DNA of 32,000 nucleotides. Source: Candidatus Woesearchaeota archaeon (GTDB lineage Archaea; Nanobdellota; Nanobdellia; Nanobdellales; CAZNIQ01). The translations under genes were made by a program, and so were the position numbers. Positions 1 to 6,852 of this stretch are shown one piece after another. Location: the NCBI GenBank assembly GCA_964573185.1, contig CAZNIQ010000005.1, positions 439 through 32,438 of the forward strand. Reading direction: 5' to 3'. Positions within the stretch are counted from its first letter, which is position 1; each line of letters opens with the position of its first letter. Below the pieces are notes generated by a model. It was not told the DNA's origin and made no database searches. It saw nothing but the letters and a program-made list of their open reading frames with translations.

Positions 1-605
1 TAGAATCAGATCCTATATTTTTAGTTTCAAGATCCTTTGATGTAAACAAACCCGGTACTCCTATAGAGAAGCTTGTTGGAGGGGTCTTAGGTGGTAGTTT
101 ACTTAAAGGAAGACTAAAAGTTGGACAAGAAATAGAGATAAGACCCGGAATTTACACTGAAGAAGGATGGGAACCATTATATACTTATATAGAATCTATA
201 AGCCAAGGGGGATACCTTGTAGAAGAAGCGAGACCAGGAGGTACTGTTGGTATCGCTACAACTCTAGATCCCTCTTTAACTAAAGAAGATGGGTTAGCAG
301 GGCAAGTAGTGGGATTACCAGGAAAACTACCACCAGAATGGAAAGATGTAACATTAGAAATACATTTGTTTGAAAAAGTTATAGGTACGGAAGAAGAAAT
401 GAAAGTTGAGCCAATAAAACTCGGAGAAGAATTGATGCTTAATGCTTACTCTATTGTATCTATCGGAAAAGTAATAGATGTTAAAAAAGATGAAATCACT
501 GTTAGATTACTTAAACCTATTCTAGGATATGAAGGGGATAAGGTTGTTATTTCCAGAAAAATAAAGGGAAGGTGGAGAATAATAGGATATGGCAATATTA
601 AATGA
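1..605 (+). CDS. eif2g: Translation initiation factor aIF2 gamma subunit, C-terminal part (5' end outside window)
   Basis: Frame 3 is open from base 3 to the TGA at 603-605. My translation of 3-308 (ESDPIFLVSRSFDVNKPGTPIEKLVGGVLGGSLLKGRLKVGQEIEIRPG...) plus the tracked 98 aa shows the SFDVNKPG / GGVxGGS signature of e/aIF2-gamma domains II-III. The track start at 309 is an internal GTG. Confidence 0.85.
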   Translation, partial: ESDPIFLVSRSFDVNKPGTPIEKLVGGVLGGSLLKGRLKVGQEIEIRPGIYTEEGWEPLYTYIESISQGGYLVEEARPGGTVGIATTLDPSLTKEDGLAGQVVGLPGKLPPEWKDVTLEIHLFEKVIGTEEEMKVEPIKLGEELMLNAYSIVSIGKVIDVKKDEITVRLLKPILGYEGDKVVISRKIKGRWRIIGYGNIK

Positions 606-1003
606 AAAAGATACTTCTGGACACTAATTTTCTTTTAGTTCCTTTTCAATTTAACGTTGATATCTTTTCTGAAATAGAAAGATTGGTTACGGAGAAATTT
701 AAATTGTATACTTTGAAAAAATGTGTTTGGGAATTAGAACATATAATGAGGACTGCTAAAAAAGGAAAGGATCGTTTATTTGCAAAAATGGCTTTACAAT
801 TAATTAAAAAATACAACATTGAAGTCATAGATACTCCTTTAGATAAAAAAACTGATGATCTAATTGTTGAGATAGTTAAAGAAAGTCCTAGAGAATGGAT
901 TGTATGTACTAACGATAGAGAATTAAGAAAAAGATTAAAGAAATTAGGAATAACTACTATATTTTTAAGGCAGAAAAAGTATTTGGAAATGGAAGAAGCT
1001 TAA
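602..1003 (+). CDS. PIN-domain nuclease, Fcf1/Utp24-like
   Basis: ILLDTNFLL near the N-terminus and VCTNDRELRKRL near the C-terminus are PIN acidic-residue motifs. ATGA start/stop overlap with eif2g at 602-605. A PIN gene after aIF2-gamma is a common archaeal arrangement. Confidence 0.7.
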   Translation: MKKILLDTNFLLVPFQFNVDIFSEIERLVTEKFKLYTLKKCVWELEHIMRTAKKGKDRLFAKMALQLIKKYNIEVIDTPLDKKTDDLIVEIVKESPREWIVCTNDRELRKRLKKLGITTIFLRQKKYLEMEEA

Positions 1004-1025
1004 ATTTTGATACCTATATAATCTT

Positions 1026-2138
1026 ATGCCAATAAATGCTCCACCAGAATTCTATGAAATAAAAAAGAAAGTTCTAGAAGCTAAAGATCCTTATGAAAAG
1101 CTTAAATGGTTAAATGAGTTATTAAAAGTTGCGCCAAAGCACAAAGGAGCTCATAATCTTTTAATACAAATAAAGAAAGCTATTAAGAAGTTAAGAGAAG
1201 AATTGGAAGAAAAAGAAAGGAAAAAAGGAACAACATTTAATCCTTATGCTATAAAGAAAGAAGGAGATGCTACTATAGTAATTCTTGGAGTGGAAAACTC
1301 TGGGAAATCTTGGTTACTAAATAGGTTAACAAATGCAAATGTAGAAGAATCAGATATTCCTTTTACAACGGATTTACCGAAAATCGGTGCTTTGCATCTA
1401 AATGGCGCTATCATTCAGACAATAGAACTACCAGCTTTTTTTGAATCTAGAGCTTATACATTAATAAGAAACGCAGATTTAATTTTAATACTTCTAGATG
1501 CTTCCAGGGATTTAGAGGAACAATATCAAAAAATAATGAAATATTTAGAGCAGGGGGGAATAGAAATAAACAAAAGAAAGCCTAATATAAAGTTTGAGAG
1601 AAAATATTCTGGGGGAATAAAGATATATGGTGAACAATTTATTACAGACGCTTCAAAGGAAGATGTTATAAAAGCTTTGCAAGAATTTGGAATATATAAT
1701 GCTGAAATAACGATATATGAAAAAGTTACATTTGAAGATGTTTTAGATGCTATAGATGGCTCAAAAGCTTATAAGAAAGCTATTTTTGTTTTTAATAAAG
1801 TCAAAAATGAAAAAGAAATAGAAGAATTCATTAAAAAGCATAAAATAAATAAGTATATAATTATAAAAGATGAAAAAGATGTTGAAAAATTGAAAGAAAA
1901 GATTTGGAAGGAATTAGAGTTGATAAGAGTGTATACAATGGATCATTTGAAAAAGAAAGCAGAAAGACCATTAATTTTGAAGAAAGGGAGCAAAGTAAGA
2001 GATGCCGTTAAGAAAATAAATGAAAAATGGTTGGATCTCTTTGTTTATGCAAAAATAAAAAGAAACGGAAAAATAATAAGAGTAGGTTTAGATTACGAAC
2101 TTCAGGATGGAGATTTACTTGAAATAAAAATAAAATAA
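1026..2138 (+). CDS. DRG-family GTP-binding protein with C-terminal TGS domain (G3/G4 motifs degenerate)
   Basis: N-terminal helical region, P-loop GVENSGKS, PFTT (G2), and a C-terminal TGS-like beta-grasp (LIRVYT...RVGLDYELQDGDLLEIK). G3 reads ELPA instead of DxPG, and G4 reads NKVK instead of NKxD. Confidence 0.7.
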   Translation: MPINAPPEFYEIKKKVLEAKDPYEKLKWLNELLKVAPKHKGAHNLLIQIKKAIKKLREELEEKERKKGTTFNPYAIKKEGDATIVILGVENSGKSWLLNRLTNANVEESDIPFTTDLPKIGALHLNGAIIQTIELPAFFESRAYTLIRNADLILILLDASRDLEEQYQKIMKYLEQGGIEINKRKPNIKFERKYSGGIKIYGEQFITDASKEDVIKALQEFGIYNAEITIYEKVTFEDVLDAIDGSKAYKKAIFVFNKVKNEKEIEEFIKKHKINKYIIIKDEKDVEKLKEKIWKELELIRVYTMDHLKKKAERPLILKKGSKVRDAVKKINEKWLDLFVYAKIKRNGKIIRVGLDYELQDGDLLEIKIK

Positions 2139-2139
2139 A

Positions 2140-2373
2140 TTATTCTGCAACTATTAAAGTAATTGTTTTCTCCACACCATCTAAAGATCTTATTTCATTT
2201 AATACAATATCTCTTAGTTTACTAACACTTTCAGCCCTTAATTTTACAACAACATCATATTCCCCGTAAACGATATAAGCTTCCTCAACTTCTGGTCTTT
2301 CCTTTAATTTTTTAACTACCTCTTCTTCTTTACCCGGTCTAGTTACGATTAAAACGAAAGCCAGGACCATCAT
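2140..2373 (-). CDS. Stand-alone Lrp/AsnC-type ligand-binding (RAM) domain protein
   Basis: 77 aa with the beta-alpha-beta-beta-alpha-beta pattern (AFVLIVTRPGKEEEVVKKLKERPEVEEAYIVYGEYDVVVKLRAES) and no HTH. Confidence 0.65.
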   Translation of the reverse strand: MMVLAFVLIVTRPGKEEEVVKKLKERPEVEEAYIVYGEYDVVVKLRAESVSKLRDIVLNEIRSLDGVEKTITLIVAE

Positions 2374-2636
2374 AATTTTTTACGGATACCTTCAAGAATT
2401 GCAGCTATTTTCAAGAGAACTATTAAAGATAACCATTGAACTATTCCTATGAACATTAGCCAAGATAAAGTTGCTTGCCATTCAGCCACAGGTAAACCAG
2501 CTGTTTGATTCAAGAATTGGGACATCGGACCTTGAATTATAGTTTTTATAGTTAACCAGCCTAGAACCACAACAAAAATCAATGTTATTATGATAACAAT
2601 CTCTAAAAGGTTCGGTTTCGTAAATTTATACTCCAT
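2370..2636 (-). CDS. Small membrane protein (about 3 TM helices); start probably the internal ATG at 2636
   Basis: Hydrophobic segments start after MEYKFTKPNLLEIVIIITLIFVVVLGWL. The first 30 codons of tracked ORF 2370..2726 are basic and non-hydrophobic, and would leave no promoter room for the divergent gene at 2670. Confidence 0.4.
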   Translation of the reverse strand: MEYKFTKPNLLEIVIIITLIFVVVLGWLTIKTIIQGPMSQFLNQTAGLPVAEWQATLSWLMFIGIVQWLSLIVLLKIAAILEGIRKKL

Positions 2637-2669
2637 TATACTTAAAATATTACCTCTCTTAAGAATTTT

Positions 2670-2981
2670 GTGGTGAAATGTGTGATATGTAAAGAGGCGA
2701 TATGGAATCCTGTATCTCCTAAACAAGTACTTTCAGAAGCCTTAAATCTTTTATACGAATTAAAAAGATACGATCTTGCTGAAGAATTAAAAAAATATTT
2801 TGAAGAATATTTTAAGAATTTGAGAAAAACGTTTAAGATTAGATTTAAGTATATGGATGATACAAAGGATGTTCCTGTTTGCTGGGGATGTCTTTGGGAT
2901 ATTATTTATGACTTCCTTAAGGAGAGAGATGAAAAGATTGCTGAATTGTGGAAGAAGCATTTCTGTCCCTACGGGTTATAA
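2670..2981 (+). CDS. Hypothetical small protein with two CxxC pairs (putative zinc binding), GTG start
   Basis: ORF with CVIC near the N-terminus and CWGC at residues ~70-73. No family recognised. The 3' end overlaps the convergent ORF 2917..3342 by 65 nt. Confidence 0.4.
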   Translation: MVKCVICKEAIWNPVSPKQVLSEALNLLYELKRYDLAEELKKYFEEYFKNLRKTFKIRFKYMDDTKDVPVCWGCLWDIIYDFLKERDEKIAELWKKHFCPYGL

Positions 2982-3342
2982 GGTCTTTAAAAACTCTGAA
3001 AACAACATATGTAATATCTTTATCAAATTCCCTTACTTTCTCAATCTCATATATTTTGTCTTCAAGCCTACTTAGATAAATATTCCTTAGATATTTTATA
3101 ATATAAGCTGTAACCTTATTGTTTCTGAAAATTAGATATAAAGCGTGGTTAGGACCTCTCCCAACGACTTTTATTTTTTCTATAGGATAACATTTCATAT
3201 CTTTAAGAAAAACCTTGGATATAACTACTCCATCTATATCTCCCGTAACAGATGCCGCATATACAACTTTATCTAATTTTGACAGCTCTTCTACTTTGGG
3301 AACGTCAGGTCTCGAATATTTCACTAAGCATAAGTAGTACAT
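2917..3342 (-). CDS. Hypothetical protein (N-terminal part RAM/ACT-like)
   Basis: 141-aa ORF. The N-terminus YLCLVKYSRPDVPKVEELSKLDKVVYAASVTGDIDGVVI resembles a RAM-type fold. A TATA-like AT tract lies in the 37-nt divergent spacer 3343-3379. Confidence 0.4.
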   Translation of the reverse strand: MYYLCLVKYSRPDVPKVEELSKLDKVVYAASVTGDIDGVVISKVFLKDMKCYPIEKIKVVGRGPNHALYLIFRNNKVTAYIIKYLRNIYLSRLEDKIYEIEKVREFDKDITYVVFRVFKDLITRRDRNASSTIQQSFHLSP

Positions 3343-3379
3343 CTTAAAATTTTATATTTCCACATTTTTAAACTTTCTT

Positions 3380-3868
3380 ATGGTAAAACTGCTTTCAAAA
3401 AAGGAGAAAAAAGAATTGAAAAGGAAATTATCATATATTGATGAAGAAATCTTAAATGAAATTTTTGATAAATACGAAAATATCTTTAGAATTGAATTAA
3501 AGGACAAAGATTTAATAATATATTATTCTAATAAGCCAATTTTCTTTGAAAAAGATAACAAAGTCTTTCCAACTTTAAATTTAATCTATGATCTAGGATA
3601 TATATTTTTGAAAGAAGTAAAGGTGGATGAAGGAGCGGTAAAGCACATTTTAAAAGGAGCAGATGTCTTTAGACCAGGAATCACATTTTTTGAGGAAAAC
3701 ATTCAAAAAGAAGATATAGTTGTTGTTGAAGATCCAAAAGAAAAACCAATAGCCATTGGGGTATCATTAGTAAACTTTGAAGAGTTTAAAAATATGGAAA
3801 AAGGAAAAGTAATTAAAAATTATCATTACTTAAATGATAAAATCTTTAAGTTTTCTTTGAAAAAATAA
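3380..3868 (+). CDS. PUA-domain RNA-binding protein (MCT-1/Tma20-like)
   Basis: The C-terminal half VDEGAVKHILKGADVFRPGITFF...IVVVEDPKEKPIAIGVSLV...KGKVIKNYHYLNDKIF is a canonical PUA domain. Confidence 0.7.
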   Translation: MVKLLSKKEKKELKRKLSYIDEEILNEIFDKYENIFRIELKDKDLIIYYSNKPIFFEKDNKVFPTLNLIYDLGYIFLKEVKVDEGAVKHILKGADVFRPGITFFEENIQKEDIVVVEDPKEKPIAIGVSLVNFEEFKNMEKGKVIKNYHYLNDKIFKFSLKK

Positions 3869-4930
3869 ATTCTTTAAAATCGAAGAGTATTTCATCCATT
3901 TGTTTAAATTAATTTTTCTTTTTTCTAACTCCTTTTTAATAAATTCCAAAGCTTCATAAGTTTTTCCTTTAAAAACTAGGTCAGAATATTTTACTCCTTC
4001 TCTTACAACCCAAACTCCTAATGGAACGTAATATTCTTCAGTTACTATTCTAAAAACAACAATGTTAGCTTGTCTTTTTATTTCTCTCAATTTTTCCAAT
4101 ACAGAAAGCTTTGAAGCATAAAAACCTCCATATTCTTCATCTTTTCCATAAATAGTATAACTATAAGGATTATAAATTGATTTTGGCTTAAAAGCTTCTA
4201 AGAGTTCAAATCTAAATGTCCCAGGTAAAAATAAAACAAAAAATTCATTTCCAAAGTATTTTTTATAAAAAACATAAGATTTTTCTACTTGTTTATAATT
4301 TTTAATTTCCTTTTCAAGTTTTTCTATAAGAATAGAATAAACAGCTGTTATAGCATTTTTTGAAGGAACGAGTTTTCTATTAATATATCCACCAACAAAT
4401 CCTAAAGAAAGTACCCTAGCTAGGTAAGAATCAGAATAACCTTTATTGTATAAATACCATATTGCTTCTTTTGCTCTTAAAGATTCATTTATTATATAAT
4501 CTACTTCTTTTGGAATCCTAGGATTACCATAAATATCAATTTTCTTCGCTTTAACGTTCAGAAAAGGTCCTATAGATGTAAAAACAACATTTGGTTTCCT
4601 TACCTTAGCTTCTATATCCAATTCCCTTATAGACAATAAATCTTCCTTATATTTTTCAAGAAAAGGATCTTTTCTTTTCCCAATATAAGCATAGGTCTTT
4701 CTAATGACGTTTACAAAAGATAGTCTTTGTTTAATAAATTCTTCAATTGTTTTTGGCTTCTCTTTATAAAGTTCTTCAGAAGACAAAATTCCTAAGTTCA
4801 AGTAAGGATACGAACCAGTGATTAGGGTATCTGGAGGTGTTATACCTGAAATTTCTCCCTTTATTTTCTTTGAATAAAGTACTTTGTATTTTTCTGCTAA
4901 TCTTTTTAATCTAACAACACCTACTTTCAT
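3830..4930 (-). CDS. Nre-like (COG1602 / Nre_N+Nre_C-like) protein with C-terminal PIP box
   Basis: Segments ITPPDTLITGSYPYLNLG, NRKLVPSKNAITAV and YYVPLGVWVVREGV resemble motifs I recall from archaeal Nre proteins (from memory, not searched). The extreme C-terminus QRKLKDFII fits the PIP consensus QxxLxxF[FYLI]. ATGA overlap with the upstream membrane gene at 4927-4930. Confidence 0.45.
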   Translation of the reverse strand: MKVGVVRLKRLAEKYKVLYSKKIKGEISGITPPDTLITGSYPYLNLGILSSEELYKEKPKTIEEFIKQRLSFVNVIRKTYAYIGKRKDPFLEKYKEDLLSIRELDIEAKVRKPNVVFTSIGPFLNVKAKKIDIYGNPRIPKEVDYIINESLRAKEAIWYLYNKGYSDSYLARVLSLGFVGGYINRKLVPSKNAITAVYSILIEKLEKEIKNYKQVEKSYVFYKKYFGNEFFVLFLPGTFRFELLEAFKPKSIYNPYSYTIYGKDEEYGGFYASKLSVLEKLREIKRQANIVVFRIVTEEYYVPLGVWVVREGVKYSDLVFKGKTYEALEFIKKELEKRKINLNKWMKYSSILKNLFFQRKLKDFII

Positions 4931-6852
4931 ACCACTGACGTTACCAATTTAGCTAAATTCCATAAGAACATAGAAGCTGTTGCTGCTACTATGGAATAAA
5001 GTACTACTGCTAAAAGCAAATTATACCCTATTAATTTCTTTTCTTTAAATTTATCCAACCCATTTTCAATTCCATTTATGATATATGATAATAAAATTAC
5101 TAATAAAATCAAGTAAAAACCAATAGCTAATTGTAGTATTGCTGGTGATATCGCTTTTTGAACAGAGAATATGTACAAGATTTCTAGAGGAACATAGGAT
5201 TCCACATTGGAAGGCAACTGTAGAGCGCTTATCGCTTTTCCTAAAGAAAGTAGAATTGCTATCATCATCGCATCCATTCCTATAATTATACCTAAAACCA
5301 AAGGGGCAACAAACTTTGCAACTAAGTTCATAGAAGATAATGTTTCTGCCAATAAATCCTTTATTCTTCTTTCCACTCTCTGTAAATATATCATATATTG
5401 TGCTATCACTGCCAATACTTTTGCAGCCGCCTCTGAACCTTTTTTAATATTTTCAACAAAGATTTCCATTACCCCTTTTAGCAGAGAGGAGGGATAATAC
5501 AATAAGGCTCCATTTTCCTTGTCAAATATAGCTTGCTCCAATGACATTCCTAAAAATTTTACGTTGTAAAAAGCTTTCCCAAAGAATTTTCCTATCTCCT
5601 TATTCTTATTCCTTAAATAAATTTCGTAAAACGCGAATTCTGGCGGTATTCCTTCTGACAATCTATTTGCCAATTGAATTAAAATTGAAGGTAATTCGCT
5701 TAATAACTTTTCCGTTCTTTCAACAACTCCTTTGACTAAATTATAATAGAAAATGAAAGCATAAGATATAGATAACCCCAAGATTATGATAAAGAAAATT
5801 GAAATTAAAATCGATGCAAGATTAGGATCATTTATATTTATTTTTAAAGAAGATAAAAGAATAAGTAGAAACCAAAAAACAAATATACCTGCTAGAATAG
5901 ATGTGAATTTAAAGTATTTTCCTTTCTTTTTTAGATAATTATAAATATAAGTGTCCTCGTAAGTATTATAAACAGGCCTCTTTCTCAATATATCTTTTCC
6001 TATAATTAAAATTGCTAGGGGAATTAAAACATCGTAAATTAATATTAAAGCTATAGGTGGAAAAGCTTCCGTTAATAAAGAACCTATTATAGGTACTAAA
6101 GTTAAGGTTAGCATTGGTAAAACCATTCCGAGCATATATAAAACTTCTATAGGATTTTTCAATGAAACAGCGTATTCCATCATCTTATCATATAATCCCT
6201 CTAGCATTTCTTCAACAGCTTTATCTAAAAGTATTTTTCTCCTCTCTTCAGAAGGTTCATATAATAAACTCTCTAAAAGTATTAGGGAATTTACAAAGTA
6301 ATCTGCTTTTCCTTGCCATCTTTTTATATAATCATCTAATGCTTCTTTCAAAGTTTTATATCTTCCTATCGAAACATTCCAATATAGTTTCATTAAATCT
6401 AGCTTTAATGGGGGATTTATGTGTTCTAGGGCGAATAAAAAAGCTTTTTCAAGATTTGGATTATATCTCATATACATTGCCATATAAAGGATAAATGGGA
6501 GTAGTTGTGCCTCCTTTTTCCTTTGAATATCCGAATATTTCCATTGTAGGTGTAAAAGTAGAAAAGCAATGATTGATACTCCAGCAAGCAAAGGAATTGT
6601 AAAATAAAAGATATTTAAAGTTGCAATAAAAAATAATAAAGATAAAAGTAAGGAAAAAATAAGAATTGTTATTATTGTGGAAAATAGTTTTTGTGATGCG
6701 CCAAAAAGGTGTGTTTCTTCTATATATTTATCAATATTCTTATCTTTAAAATCTACTTTTATGAAAGAAAAATTATTAACCAAGAATTCCCAAAGTTTAT
6801 CTACAGTGCTTATCTCGTATTTTCTTAATTCTAAATATTCTTGCGCAACCAT
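4927..6852 (-). CDS. FlaJ/TadC-like polytopic membrane platform protein (two T2SSF-like cytoplasmic domains)
   Basis: 641 aa with TM bundles alternating with two helical soluble domains (QLLPFILYMAMYMRYNPNLEKAFLFALEH... and LPSILIQLANRLSEGIPPEFAF...GMSLEQAI...). Overlaps the upstream secretion ATPase gene by 22 nt. Confidence 0.6.
   Translation of the reverse strand: MVAQEYLELRKYEISTVDKLWEFLVNNFSFIKVDFKDKNIDKYIEETHLFGASQKLFSTIITILIFSLLLSLLFFIATLNIFYFTIPLLAGVSIIAFLLLHLQWKYSDIQRKKEAQLLPFILYMAMYMRYNPNLEKAFLFALEHINPPLKLDLMKLYWNVSIGRYKTLKEALDDYIKRWQGKADYFVNSLILLESLLYEPSEERRKILLDKAVEEMLEGLYDKMMEYAVSLKNPIEVLYMLGMVLPMLTLTLVPIIGSLLTEAFPPIALILIYDVLIPLAILIIGKDILRKRPVYNTYEDTYIYNYLKKKGKYFKFTSILAGIFVFWFLLILLSSLKININDPNLASILISIFFIIILGLSISYAFIFYYNLVKGVVERTEKLLSELPSILIQLANRLSEGIPPEFAFYEIYLRNKNKEIGKFFGKAFYNVKFLGMSLEQAIFDKENGALLYYPSSLLKGVMEIFVENIKKGSEAAAKVLAVIAQYMIYLQRVERRIKDLLAETLSSMNLVAKFVAPLVLGIIIGMDAMMIAILLSLGKAISALQLPSNVESYVPLEILYIFSVQKAISPAILQLAIGFYLILLVILLSYIINGIENGLDKFKEKKLIGYNLLLAVVLYSIVAATASMFLWNLAKLVTSVV

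Noticed and set aside
2857-3075. 72-aa plus-strand ORF
   Set aside because: It is an alternative frame of the 2670..2981 ORF and antisense to 2917..3342, with a low-complexity product.
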